In this document: piece after piece, positions 16,104 through 26,183 of the stretch
Layout of the letters: each line of letters starts with the position of its first letter
Numbering within the stretch: the stretch's first letter is position 1
Assembly: GCA_964459145.1 (NCBI GenBank)
Contig: CAYWKC010000002.1
Coordinates: 1-56,929, forward strand
DNA: 56,929 nucleotides
Reading direction: 5' to 3'
Origin: an uncultured Candidatus Saccharibacteria bacterium
GTDB lineage: Bacteria > Patescibacteriota > Minisyncoccia > Phycocordibacterales > UBA12079
Made by a program: the position numbers and the translations under genes
Notes under the pieces: generated by a model
Told to the model about the DNA's origin: nothing
The model's input: the letters and a program-made list of their open reading frames with translations, nothing else
Database searches by the model: none

Positions 16104-17294
16104 ATGGGAAATTCAAAAAAAAGACAAATAAATTTATCTGTTCGCGCACATACAATTCCAAAATTTTATATTTTAGAAATTGATGAAGTGGCAAATAAGT
16201 TAATTGATATTGGAAAGGATGTTATTAAATTAAATTTAGGAAAATCAGAGTTACCTTTGCCAAAATGTGTTGCCGATGAAATGTCCACAAAAATATATGA
16301 TAGTGTAAAAAGAGAATTAATCGAACCAAAGGGATTGGAAGTTTTGCGAGAAAAAATTGCTGATTTGCATAATAAAAAAAGTAAAATAAGAATTAGCCCT
16401 AATCAAATATTTATAAATCATGGCACAAGCCCATTCTTTCTTTCATTGTTGTTATTATTAATCAACCCAGGAGAAGAAGTTCTATTTCCACTTCCTTATT
16501 ATCCAAGCTATATTGCTGGCGCGAATTTGGCTGGTGCAAAAAATAGATTTTACAACATAAAAAATGGCAAAATAGATTTGAATAATTTTGAAAAGCAATT
16601 TAGATCTAGAAAAATAAAAATAATTTTTTTAAATTCGCCCGGCAACCCTTATGGCAATATTCTTTCAAAAGAAGAATTAAAAAAAATTCTAGATATTGTA
16701 GACGGAAAAGCAATTATTATATCGGATGAAATTTATGATGAATTTACCTATGCAAATAATTTTATTTCTATATTAGAGGTTTGTGAGTCAAAAAGAGATA
16801 ACATTGTAATTTTAAATGGTTTCTCTAAAACTTATCATATGTACACCAGAAGGCTAGGGTATGCAATTGTGCCCATGGCACTTACTTCCGCTCTTTTGAA
16901 ATTTCAACAACATAATTTGGTTTGTATCGATGCAATAACTCAATTTGGAGGATTAACTGCTTTAAATAATATTGATAACATCCGCAAAGAAACCAAAGAT
17001 GAAATCATAGATTTCAATAACAGGTTAGAAGATTGCAAAAAAATTATAGATTCCACCAAACTAAAGCTAATCAGACCAGAAGGAGGCTTTTATATGTGTG
17101 TGGATGTTTCTGCATATATTAATGATGAGACTCCAACTTCTTTGCTGTTAGCAAAAAAAATTCTTGACAATACATATGTAGCCGTAACTCCTAGCGAAGA
17201 TTTTGGAATTGATAATTTTTTTAGAATTAGTTTAACTTGTTCAAAGGTTGTCGAAGGAGTTGATAGAATATGCAGATACTTAAATAAACTATAA
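16104..17294 (+). CDS. PLP-dependent aminotransferase, class I/II
   Basis: LNSPGNPYGN, ISDEIYDEF and GFSKTYHMYTRRLGY (Schiff-base Lys context). Start at ATG 16104, 2 nt after the upstream stop. Confidence 0.8.
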   Translation: MGNSKKRQINLSVRAHTIPKFYILEIDEVANKLIDIGKDVIKLNLGKSELPLPKCVADEMSTKIYDSVKRELIEPKGLEVLREKIADLHNKKSKIRISPNQIFINHGTSPFFLSLLLLLINPGEEVLFPLPYYPSYIAGANLAGAKNRFYNIKNGKIDLNNFEKQFRSRKIKIIFLNSPGNPYGNILSKEELKKILDIVDGKAIIISDEIYDEFTYANNFISILEVCESKRDNIVILNGFSKTYHMYTRRLGYAIVPMALTSALLKFQQHNLVCIDAITQFGGLTALNNIDNIRKETKDEIIDFNNRLEDCKKIIDSTKLKLIRPEGGFYMCVDVSAYINDETPTSLLLAKKILDNTYVAVTPSEDFGIDNFFRISLTCSKVVEGVDRICRYLNKL

Positions 17295-17298
17295 AAAT

Positions 17299-18030
17299 AT
17301 GAATACTAATTTAAAAGTGGTTGTTTGTGCTGCTGGTCAAGGCAAAAGAATATCAGATATTACTACAAATTGTCCTAAACCAATGATAAAAGTTGGTAGA
17401 AAATCAATACTCGAATATATGTTAGATAATTTTTCCGCTTTTGGATTGAAAGAAATAATAATTATCGTTGGATATCAAGCCGAGCACATCGTTAACTCAA
17501 TCGGGGAAAAATATAAAAACTGTCAAATAACTTATATCTACAATAAAGACTTTGAGTCCACAAATAACATTTATTCTCTTTGGCTTGCAAAAAAAGAGAT
17601 AACAAACGGTATGATTTTTTTTAATGCAGATATAATTTTAAATCGAGGAATAATTAAAAAAGTTTTATCCTCTGTTCACCAAGAAAGTATCGTTGTTGAT
17701 TTTGACCATATTATTGAAGACTCCGTAAAAGCAGTTTATGAAGGCGATAATCTAATCAGGATAGGAAAAGAAGTTACAGGAAAAAAAATTGGTTGGGCCA
17801 TAGGAATTTACAAACTTTCTCAATTAGCAAGTGAAAAATATTTTGAAATATCTGAAAGACTTTTTGAAATTGAAAAAAATAAGAATGTCTCTTTTGTAGT
17901 TCCTTTTGAGAAAATGATTAAAACATTCTCAATTAAAGCAGTTCCCGTTGATAATTTACCTTGGGTAGAAATAGACACTCTAGAAGATTACAAATATGCA
18001 CTTAAAAAAATAGACAGTATTTTAAAATAA
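17299..18030 (+). CDS. Sugar-/alcohol-phosphate nucleotidyltransferase (LicC/cytidylyltransferase-like)
   Basis: VVCAAGQGKRISD...PKPMIKVGRKSILEY is the N-terminal NTP-transferase signature. WVEIDTLEDY near the C-terminus. Confidence 0.7.
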   Translation: MNTNLKVVVCAAGQGKRISDITTNCPKPMIKVGRKSILEYMLDNFSAFGLKEIIIIVGYQAEHIVNSIGEKYKNCQITYIYNKDFESTNNIYSLWLAKKEITNGMIFFNADIILNRGIIKKVLSSVHQESIVVDFDHIIEDSVKAVYEGDNLIRIGKEVTGKKIGWAIGIYKLSQLASEKYFEISERLFEIEKNKNVSFVVPFEKMIKTFSIKAVPVDNLPWVEIDTLEDYKYALKKIDSILK

Positions 18031-18031
18031 T

Positions 18032-19372
18032 ATGATTTTTACTAATCACGATAAAATTGCAATATCTGAAGAAAGAAAAAAGGTTCTTCATTTTGCTGAG
18101 CATGGAATAATTACTGTTTTACCAAGAAAATTCATGCGGGAAAAAATAAAATTGGTTGGTAATAAGTTAAAAATATCCAACGATTTGATTGACATAAAAA
18201 ACAAAAGGATATTTGTAATTGGAGCTGGAAAGGCCTCAGCTATGATGGCAGTTGAATTGGAAAAAATATTAGGAATTAAAAAAATTATTGATGGAATTGT
18301 AGTTACTAATGACAAGTTTTCAAAACCAAAAAAAATTAAAATACACTTGGCGGATCACCCAATACCGTCCTCTAGAGGTACAATAGGAGTCAAAAAAATA
18401 CTGAATTTAAAAAAAAAGTATAATATTGATAAAAATGATTTGATTATATCGCTCTTATCTGGAGGAGGTTCTTCTCTTGCTCCTCTTCCGGCCGATGGAG
18501 TTACCTTAGATGATAAAATTAAAATGGTAAATATATTAATCAGCAGCGGAGCAAATGTTAATGAAATGACTACATTAAAAAAGAAAATATCCAAAGTAAA
18601 GGGAGGAAAACTCGCACAATATTTTTTCCCTACACCAATAATCTCTTTAATATTATCTGATGTTGTAGGTGATAACCCGACAGTGATTGCCTCAGGCCCA
18701 CTTACCTTTGATACTACAAGTTTTCAAGACGCTTGGAAAATAATTAAAAAATATAGGATTGAAAAATCCCTTCCTAAATCAATAATTTCTTTAATTGAAA
18801 AAAATAAATTTACAAAAAATTTAGACCAAAATTTTAGCCATGTAAAGCAGTATATTTTGGCTAATAACCATATTGCGATAGAAAGTATTAAAAAAATCGC
18901 GTTAAAAGAAAACCTTAAAATACAGACCGAAGAGGAAATTGAAGGAGAAGTTCAAAAAATTGCTCAAAAAATCTGTCTTAAGATTTTATCTAAACCCATA
19001 AATGAACCGTCTTTGTTTTTATTTGGCGGAGAGTGTACGGTTACTTTACCAAAAATCCACGGGGAGGGAGGAAGAAATCAAGAATTTGCACTATCTTTTC
19101 TTAATACCATCAATAAATTAAATATAAAAAATAAATGGTGTCTTGCTTCAATCGCCACCGACGGAATCGACTTTATTAAAGAATCATCTGGTGCAATAGT
19201 TGATAATTATTCTTTTAAATTCATAAATAGAAAAAAACTTAAAATAAATGAATATTTAAAAAACCATAACTCATATAATTTTCTTAAATTAATTAACTCA
19301 AATATAAAAATTGGACGACCGACAGGAACAAATGTTTGTGACTTGATTATTCTTTTGATATTACCTAAATAA
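18032..19372 (+). CDS. Glycerate 2-kinase family protein (GckA/TtuD; DUF4147 + MOFRL)
   Basis: IGAGKASAMMA, LLSGGGSSL, KKISKVKGGKL, LILSDVVGD, GGECTVTL...GEGGRNQEFALSF, TDGIDF, TGTNVCD. Confidence 0.8.
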   Translation: MIFTNHDKIAISEERKKVLHFAEHGIITVLPRKFMREKIKLVGNKLKISNDLIDIKNKRIFVIGAGKASAMMAVELEKILGIKKIIDGIVVTNDKFSKPKKIKIHLADHPIPSSRGTIGVKKILNLKKKYNIDKNDLIISLLSGGGSSLAPLPADGVTLDDKIKMVNILISSGANVNEMTTLKKKISKVKGGKLAQYFFPTPIISLILSDVVGDNPTVIASGPLTFDTTSFQDAWKIIKKYRIEKSLPKSIISLIEKNKFTKNLDQNFSHVKQYILANNHIAIESIKKIALKENLKIQTEEEIEGEVQKIAQKICLKILSKPINEPSLFLFGGECTVTLPKIHGEGGRNQEFALSFLNTINKLNIKNKWCLASIATDGIDFIKESSGAIVDNYSFKFINRKKLKINEYLKNHNSYNFLKLINSNIKIGRPTGTNVCDLIILLILPK

Positions 19373-19510
19373 ATTAGAATTTATGAAAACTCAGACAAAC
19401 ATTTTAATTTCTTCCAAGACATTAATAATAAATACTCTAAAAATTGATTTATAAAATATATTAATTTTGAGATACTTTTTTATTAAAACACTAAATATTT
19501 AGATTAAGAG

Positions 19511-20809
19511 ATGATAAAAAAATTTTTAAAAAAAATACCACATTTAAGATTTTGTTTTAATAAAATAAAACAAATTCTAAACAAAATAAAAATAATAAAT
19601 GAACCTATTAGAATTTATCTTGCACATAAAAAAATAAAAAAGGTTATAGAACTAAAAAAAGAAAAAATTTTAAATGGCAGTAAAATTAGAGTTGCTTTTT
19701 TTATTACTCAAAAACAATTGTGGAACTCTCAAACAGTTTACGATAATTTACTCTCTAATGACTTGTTTGAACCTGTTATTGTAACTTTTCCAAACTGTGA
19801 AGACAAAGTAAATAGCAAAAAAGTTACTTGCGAAGATAATTATAATTTCTTTGAAAGTAAAAAAATGAATGTTGTTCTGGGGTATGATATAAATAACAAT
19901 TTATTTTTAAATTTAAATGACATTAATGCTGATATAATATTTTATGACCAGACAACCCCCAATTTGCCAAACAATCTGTTATGGGATGAAGCAGGTAAAA
20001 ATTCTTTAGTATGTTATATCCCCTATGGTTATAAAGTAGCCAAATTTTATGAAGCCCATTTTAATTCAAAACTTACTAATAATTGTTGGGCTATCTTCGC
20101 TGAAAGTGATTGGCATAAGAAACAATTTAAAAAATTCGGATTAGCGAAAGGGAAAAATGTGGTTGTTTCCGGTTATCCAAAATTAGATGTTTATAATATA
20201 AAAAATGATAATTTAGATAGCGATAAAAATACAAAGAAAATAATCATCTGGGCACCTCATTGGTCAATAAAAAATAGTTCTATAGAGTATTCAACATTTG
20301 ATAAATATTATAAATTTTTCATTCAATATGCAACCAACAATAAAGATATATTTTGGGTATTTAAACCACACCAAAGATTAAGATATTATCTAGAAGAAAT
20401 AGGGTTTATGACAAAAGATAAAATTAATGATTATTATAAACAATGGGATAAACTACCCAACTGTCAATTTTACAATGATAGTGACTATTTTGATTTATTT
20501 AAAAATTCAAATGCTCTAATAACTGACTGTGGCTCTTTTCTCGCAGAGTATCTACCAACAAAAAATCCAATTATGTTATTAGTTAGTGGTAATTCAGCTG
20601 GATATAATGAAATAGGAGACAAGTTAGTAAATACTTATTATAAAGCTTTTAATGAAAATGATGTCAAAAAATTTATCAATAATGTTGTAATTAAGAATAA
20701 TGATTTTCTGAAGGAAAAAAGATTAAAAAACTTAGATCTTGTTCAACCGAATCCTGGTGGTGCAGGTAAATTTATCGTAAATCATATCCGGAAAATACTT
20801 ATTAAGTAA
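19511..20809 (+). CDS. CDP-alcohol (glycerol/ribitol)-phosphotransferase-like protein, TagB/TagF family
   Basis: IIWAPHWS (compare APTWR), FKPHQRL, and NALITDCGSFLAEYLPTKNPIMLL (compare LITDYSS...P). Confidence 0.65.
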   Translation: MIKKFLKKIPHLRFCFNKIKQILNKIKIINEPIRIYLAHKKIKKVIELKKEKILNGSKIRVAFFITQKQLWNSQTVYDNLLSNDLFEPVIVTFPNCEDKVNSKKVTCEDNYNFFESKKMNVVLGYDINNNLFLNLNDINADIIFYDQTTPNLPNNLLWDEAGKNSLVCYIPYGYKVAKFYEAHFNSKLTNNCWAIFAESDWHKKQFKKFGLAKGKNVVVSGYPKLDVYNIKNDNLDSDKNTKKIIIWAPHWSIKNSSIEYSTFDKYYKFFIQYATNNKDIFWVFKPHQRLRYYLEEIGFMTKDKINDYYKQWDKLPNCQFYNDSDYFDLFKNSNALITDCGSFLAEYLPTKNPIMLLVSGNSAGYNEIGDKLVNTYYKAFNENDVKKFINNVVIKNNDFLKEKRLKNLDLVQPNPGGAGKFIVNHIRKILIK

Positions 20810-20888
20810 TAAATTAAAAAAAATAAATATAAAATGAAAGAAATAAAAAAAATCAAAACCTATTATTAGATAAATTTGAAATGCCAAG

Positions 20889-21617
20889 ATGATAAAAAGA
20901 ATATCTAATAAAATATTAAGAAAGTTTGGTTATTCACCGATAAAAGGTGGCTTAAATTATATCAATGCAAAAAATACGATTGAACAAGCGAAGAAAAGAA
21001 AATTGACTATATGCGAATATTTAGAAAGCACAAAAGATGATAAGAGAAAAATAGGGAGAAGAGATAGAATTATCAATATGATGGAATCGTTAGATATATT
21101 TTCTAATGCAAAAAACATATGTGAGATTGGCACAGGCACAGGAATGTATCTTGAGAAAATAATTAAAAAAACTCTTGTTCAAACATACGAGGTATATGAA
21201 ACTGCTATTGATTGGAAAGAATACCTTAATTTTGAATATAAAACAAAAATCAAACACCTGATTCTTCATGATGCAGATGGAATTACCCTACGTCAAACAA
21301 GATCAGCTACAATAGATTTGGTACACGCTCACGCTGTATTTGTTTATATTCCTTTTATTGATATTTATAATTATTTAAAAGAATGTGTGCGTATTTGTAA
21401 GAAAGAGGGGTATATTGTTTTTGATGCAATCTCTGATGACAAACTTAATGTAGAAGCTGTTCAAAAATGGTCTAATATTAACTGTAGATTTGCGGTAATA
21501 ACACCTCATAAATTTATTTTAGATTTTATTAAAAAAAATAATCTCATTCTGTTAAATTCTTTTAATGAAGTTTATGGTGGGACTTGTTCTAAATATTACA
21601 TATTACAAAAGAAATAA
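20889..21617 (+). CDS. Class I SAM-dependent methyltransferase
   Basis: ICEIGTGTGMYLEKII motif I. DLVHAHAVFVYIP...KEGYIVFD. Confidence 0.6.
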   Translation: MIKRISNKILRKFGYSPIKGGLNYINAKNTIEQAKKRKLTICEYLESTKDDKRKIGRRDRIINMMESLDIFSNAKNICEIGTGTGMYLEKIIKKTLVQTYEVYETAIDWKEYLNFEYKTKIKHLILHDADGITLRQTRSATIDLVHAHAVFVYIPFIDIYNYLKECVRICKKEGYIVFDAISDDKLNVEAVQKWSNINCRFAVITPHKFILDFIKKNNLILLNSFNEVYGGTCSKYYILQKK

Positions 21618-21645
21618 ACTTAATTACAATAATTTTAAAAATAAT

Positions 21646-22083
21646 ATGAGTACAAATATAGAAAAAATAATATATAAAAACAAAATTCTTGCAATTATTA
21701 TAAAAAATGATTTCAAACAAGAGGGAATTGCTTTTTTTACTGATAATAATTTCTCTCAGCAGTTAGGTTATATGAATAGACCTGAGGGATATATAATAGC
21801 CCCCCATCGACATAATTTGGTGCCTAGGAAAGTCGTTCTAACACAAGAAACATTATTCATAAAATCTGGTAAAATTCGTGTTGATTTCTATGATGATAAA
21901 CAAAATTATCTGGAAAGTAGGATTGTTGTAAAAGGTGACATAGTATTATTAGCTACTGGTGGACACGGTTTTAAGATGATAGAGCGAAGTGAAATAGTCG
22001 AGGTAAAACAGGGTCCCTATGTTGGGGAAATGGACAAGGTAAGATTTGATCAAATAGGTGAATCTAAATTAAATATTAAATAA
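21646..22083 (+). CDS. Cupin-fold protein (candidate sugar-nucleotide isomerase/epimerase)
   Basis: APHRHN...TQETLFIKSGKIRVDFYD...GDIVLLATGGHGF is a cupin two-motif pattern. Start moved to ATG 21646 to remove the overlap with the upstream gene. Confidence 0.55.
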   Translation: MSTNIEKIIYKNKILAIIIKNDFKQEGIAFFTDNNFSQQLGYMNRPEGYIIAPHRHNLVPRKVVLTQETLFIKSGKIRVDFYDDKQNYLESRIVVKGDIVLLATGGHGFKMIERSEIVEVKQGPYVGEMDKVRFDQIGESKLNIK

Positions 22084-22085
22084 CC

Positions 22086-22829
22086 ATGTCTAAAAATTTT
22101 CAAATATATTCAAAATATTACGATTTACTTTATAAGGACAAAGATTATACTTCTGAAGTAAATTATGTAATAAATAAAATTAAAAAATTTTCACCAAAAA
22201 CAAATTCTATTTTAGAGTTTGGCTCAGGTACTGGCAGACATGGTATTCTTTTACAAAAAAAGGGATTCAATGTTTTTGGATTAGACCAAAGCGGATATAT
22301 GATAGCAGAAGCAAAGAAACGAGGCTTATCTTGCCAAATAGCTGATATCAGCAATTTTAAATTAAAAGAAAAATATGATGCTGTTATTTCTCTTTTTCAT
22401 GTAGTTAGTTACCTTACCGACAATGAAAAATTAATCGCCACCTTCATCAGCGCAAATAAACATCTAAACAAAAACGGATTATTTCTATTTGATGTTTGGT
22501 ACTCTCCTGCTGTATATAAACAAAAAGCATCACCGCAAGTTAAAAAGATGCAAAATAAAGAAATCACCATCACACGAGTAGCTACATCTAAAATAGATAT
22601 AAACAACAACATAATAGATGTACAATATGCAATAACTGCAAAAGACCTAGCAACGGGGAAAATAAGTAAGCTATCTGAGGATCATCCAATGAGACATTTT
22701 AGTATCCCTGAAATTGATTTATTAGCAAGACTTACAGGATTTGAAATATTAAAAACTGAAGAATTTTTAACAGGGAATAAACCTTCTGAGAATACTTGGG
22801 GAGTTTGTTTTATTTTAAAAAAAATATAA
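22086..22829 (+). CDS. Class I SAM-dependent methyltransferase, TylM1/DesVI-like sugar N-methyltransferase candidate
   Basis: YSKYYDLLYKDKDY...ILEFGSGTGRH...GLDQS...ISLFHVVSYL...GLFLFDVW...TWGVCFIL. Confidence 0.65.
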   Translation: MSKNFQIYSKYYDLLYKDKDYTSEVNYVINKIKKFSPKTNSILEFGSGTGRHGILLQKKGFNVFGLDQSGYMIAEAKKRGLSCQIADISNFKLKEKYDAVISLFHVVSYLTDNEKLIATFISANKHLNKNGLFLFDVWYSPAVYKQKASPQVKKMQNKEITITRVATSKIDINNNIIDVQYAITAKDLATGKISKLSEDHPMRHFSIPEIDLLARLTGFEILKTEEFLTGNKPSENTWGVCFILKKI

Positions 22830-22833
22830 AAAT

Positions 22834-23940
22834 ATGATACCAGTAAACACCCCTTTATTAAATGGCAATGAGAAAAAATATTTATTAGATTGTATCCACA
22901 CTGGATGGATATCTTCTGAGGGGCCCTTTGTTAAAAAATTTGAAGAAAAATTTTCTAAATATGTTAATCGTAAATTTGGAATTGCTGTTTCAAGTGGTTC
23001 TGGTGCTTTGGATATAGCAGTTCAAGCATTAAAAATTAAAAAGGGTGACGAAGTAATAATGCCTACTTTTACTATCATCTCCCCTGCCCAATCAATCATT
23101 AGGATAGGGGCTAAACCTGTTTTAGTTGATAGTGACCCAATTACTTTCAATATAGACGTCTCTCAAATTGAGAGAAAAATAACATCTAAAACAAAAGCAA
23201 TCTTGGTTGTGCATATCTATGGGTTACCAGTAGATATGGATCCTATTTTAAGATTATGTAAAAAATATAAATTATATCTAATTGAAGATGCAGCCGAAAT
23301 GCATGGACAAACATATAAAGGTAAAAAATGTGGTTCATTTGGAGATATTAGTATATTTAGTTTTTATCCTAATAAACACATTACTACTGGAGAAGGTGGA
23401 ATGATAATAACAGATAATTCTGAATTGACCGAACGTTGTAGTAAACTTCGTAATTTAGCTTTTGAACCAAAAGGTAGAAGATTTATTCATAAAGAATTGG
23501 GTTGGAATTACAGAATGACAAACATGCAAGCTGCTTTAGGTTTAGCTCAACTAGAAAAAATTGAAAAACATATCATAAAAAAAAGAAAAATAGGAAATTC
23601 TTATCAAGAAGGGTTAAAAAATATACGAGGATTTCAATTACCCTTAGCAAAAACAAAATACGCTGAAAATATATATTGGATTTTCCCTTTAGTAGCAGAA
23701 TCACAAGAATTATGTGAAAAAACCACAATAGAATTAAATAAATTAGGTATAGGCACTCGCCCTTTCTTTTGGTGTATGCATGAACAACCCGTTTTCAGAA
23801 ATATGGGTTTATTTAAAAAAGAAAATTATCCCGTGGCAGAAAAATTGGCAAGAAATGGATTTTATATCCCAAGTGGTTTAGGTTTAGATTCGAAAGAAAT
23901 CAAAAAAGTGATAAATACACTAATAAAATTGAAGAAATGA
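22834..23940 (+). CDS. DegT/DnrJ/EryC1/StrS-family sugar aminotransferase (PLP)
   Basis: GNEKKYLLDCI..GWISSEGPFVKKFE, DAAEMHG, SFYPNKHITTGEGGMI, GWNYRMTNMQAALGLAQL. Confidence 0.9.
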   Translation: MIPVNTPLLNGNEKKYLLDCIHTGWISSEGPFVKKFEEKFSKYVNRKFGIAVSSGSGALDIAVQALKIKKGDEVIMPTFTIISPAQSIIRIGAKPVLVDSDPITFNIDVSQIERKITSKTKAILVVHIYGLPVDMDPILRLCKKYKLYLIEDAAEMHGQTYKGKKCGSFGDISIFSFYPNKHITTGEGGMIITDNSELTERCSKLRNLAFEPKGRRFIHKELGWNYRMTNMQAALGLAQLEKIEKHIIKKRKIGNSYQEGLKNIRGFQLPLAKTKYAENIYWIFPLVAESQELCEKTTIELNKLGIGTRPFFWCMHEQPVFRNMGLFKKENYPVAEKLARNGFYIPSGLGLDSKEIKKVINTLIKLKK

Positions 23941-25130
23941 GAAAATTAAGGATAGGAATTTGGATAAATAGTAATATTAAACCAGAAGCAGGCGGTGGTT
24001 ATGATTATTATAATGAATTATTAAAAGCTTTAAATAATTATTCTTTTAAAAATGCTGAAATTATTTTCCTCAGCAATAAAAAAATAACTGTCGATAATTT
24101 TAAAATTGAAGTTATAGATGAACTAAAAGATAAATCTTTATTTTTCAAAATAATAAAAAAAATTAGCCCTTTATTTAAAAATATAAGAAAGGTTGAGGAT
24201 AAGATAAAAAATAAACAAAAAGATAAACTTAAAAAAACAATTTATAAATATGCTGATATTATCTATTACTTAACTCCGGGATGTGTTTACCCTGATTTTC
24301 CATATATTTATACACTCTGGGATTTAGGACATCTTAATTCCTATGCTTTTCCAGAATTTAGTATGAATGGAAATTTTGAAGGGAGAAAAAAACACTGTGA
24401 TTTGTTTCTTCAAAAAGCTTTGACAATATTTACAGAATCAGAAACAGGGAAAAAAGAATGTAAAAAATACTTAAATATAAATGAAAAAAGAATCAAGATT
24501 GTTCCCATTTTTCCTTCTGGAATAGTTAATCCAAAATGTATTTCAATAAAACCAGAAAAAATAAAAGATGGTGAATTTTTTATACACTATCCAGCTCAAT
24601 ATTGGACACATAAAAATCATTACAATCTATTATCAGCAATGATTCTTATAATCAAAGATTTTCCTAAAATTAAATTAATTTTAACTGGTTCTGACAAAGG
24701 AAATAAAAATTATATTCTAGAGACAATTAAAAAAAACGGATTAAAAAATAATATCATAGACCTTGGTTTTGTGCCAAAAGAAGAATTAAAATGGCTTTAT
24801 GAAAATTCTCAAGGCTTAGTTATGCCGACATTATTAGGTCCAACTAACATACCGTTACTTGATGCTTCAAAATTAGGATGTCCTGTGGCATGCACCAATT
24901 TACCAGGACATATTGAACAATTAGGAAACTATGGATATTATTTCAACGGGACAGATCCAAAAGATATTTCAATTCAGGTTATTAAAATGATAAATGATAA
25001 AAAAAATAATGTTAAAAGAGAATATAATAATAAATTTAACATTAAAAATACACTAAATTACCTTGACAAAGCTTTTACAGAAATAAAACAAATAAGATTT
25101 TGTTGGGGAGAGAATGATAAAATATTTTAA
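23937..25130 (+). CDS. Glycosyltransferase family 4 (GT-B)
   Basis: C-terminal GT-B block LILTGSDKGN...GFVPKEELKWLYENSQGLVMPTLLGPTNIPLLDASKLGCPV. ATGA overlap with the upstream gene. Confidence 0.75.
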   Translation: MRKLRIGIWINSNIKPEAGGGYDYYNELLKALNNYSFKNAEIIFLSNKKITVDNFKIEVIDELKDKSLFFKIIKKISPLFKNIRKVEDKIKNKQKDKLKKTIYKYADIIYYLTPGCVYPDFPYIYTLWDLGHLNSYAFPEFSMNGNFEGRKKHCDLFLQKALTIFTESETGKKECKKYLNINEKRIKIVPIFPSGIVNPKCISIKPEKIKDGEFFIHYPAQYWTHKNHYNLLSAMILIIKDFPKIKLILTGSDKGNKNYILETIKKNGLKNNIIDLGFVPKEELKWLYENSQGLVMPTLLGPTNIPLLDASKLGCPVACTNLPGHIEQLGNYGYYFNGTDPKDISIQVIKMINDKKNNVKREYNNKFNIKNTLNYLDKAFTEIKQIRFCWGENDKIF

Positions 25131-25265
25131 ATTATGAGTTTAATAAAAGAAAAAATAATGTTGTTAGAAACTTCACATTTGGTATTATGACAAATAATTA
25201 CCTCAAACTTTATAAAAAATTAATAAATACTTACAAAATTTTAAAGCCAAATAGTTAGTTTTTAT

Positions 25266-26183
25266 ATGATAACAATTTTTACAATTCCAAAATCATTTAC
25301 AAATCCGCATATTAATATAATCCAACGAAACGCTATTAAAAGTTGGGTACTTTTACAGCCTGCTTGTGAAATCATCTTAGTTGGGAATGATGACGGAGTG
25401 GCTGAAATTGCCAGAGAGTTTGGGGTAAGGCAGATCCCCAATGTTGAATGTAATAAATTTGATACCCCCTTATTGAATTCTGCTTTTGACTTAGTAAGAA
25501 AAGTTAGCCAAAATGATATCTTAGCGTATGTAAATTCCGATATTATTCTTTTTGATGATTTTATAGATTCTTTAAAATATTTGCCCAAAAAGTTTTTAGT
25601 CGTTGGACAAAAATGGGATTTAAATATCACAAAATTTATAGATTTTAATAATTCCAATTGGGACAAATTATTAAAAGAAGAAACAAAAGAAAAAGGTAAA
25701 TTACAGTCACCGGCTGGAAGTGATTATTTTATATTTAGGAAACAATCTTTTGAAAATTTACCCGCTTTTGCCGTAGGAAGAATTGGTTGGGATAATTGGA
25801 TGATTTATGAAGGAAGAAGACAGAAAATGCCAGTAATAGACGCCACACAAGCAATAATGGCTATCCATCAAAATCATGATTACTCTCACCAAAACGATAA
25901 CGGAAAAAACATCAGTACTAATTCTGAAGCTCAAAAAAATATCAAACTAGCTAAAGGTAGAAAACATTTCTTTGTATTAAAACATACAAATTATGAATTA
26001 ACCTTTACGGGTTTAATAAAAAAGAAATTTAATTTAAATTTATTTAAACAATACCTTCAGAACACCCCCGAAATATTGCCTAGTCACAAATTTTTTTGGC
26101 AGTTCTTATACCCAATTTTGTTTGTTTCAAATAAATTTATAAAACTTATATGGAAAAACCATCAAAAAAATATGATTATTTAA
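25266..26183 (+). CDS. Hypothetical protein, possible GT-A-like glycosyltransferase
   Basis: ITIFTIPK...IQRNAIKSW...ILVGNDDG...YVNSDIILFDD (DxD-like). No firm family assignment. Confidence 0.4.
   Translation: MITIFTIPKSFTNPHINIIQRNAIKSWVLLQPACEIILVGNDDGVAEIAREFGVRQIPNVECNKFDTPLLNSAFDLVRKVSQNDILAYVNSDIILFDDFIDSLKYLPKKFLVVGQKWDLNITKFIDFNNSNWDKLLKEETKEKGKLQSPAGSDYFIFRKQSFENLPAFAVGRIGWDNWMIYEGRRQKMPVIDATQAIMAIHQNHDYSHQNDNGKNISTNSEAQKNIKLAKGRKHFFVLKHTNYELTFTGLIKKKFNLNLFKQYLQNTPEILPSHKFFWQFLYPILFVSNKFIKLIWKNHQKNMII

Noticed and set aside
19383-19454. 23-codon ORF (MKTQTNILISSKTLIINTLKIDL) in the 138-nt gap before the TagF-like gene; similar mini-ORFs at 20834-20869 and 25134-25190
   Set aside because: Too short, with no RBS or motif support. 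They may be remnants of degraded gene starts, but that cannot be shown from the sequence alone.
25262-25666. 134-aa minus-strand ORF, and similar shadow ORFs (2166-2399, 3081-3299, 3551-3802, 5319-5531, 6122-6361, 7239-7538, 8088-8321, 9431-9640, 28030-28371, 32646-33010, 37777-37995, 39087-39308, 41027-41257, 47529-47828, 48413-48670, 49188-49394, 49660-49863, 54683-54880)
   Set aside because: Each overlaps a longer ORF on the other strand that has recognisable family motifs. AT-rich DNA yields long spurious antisense frames.
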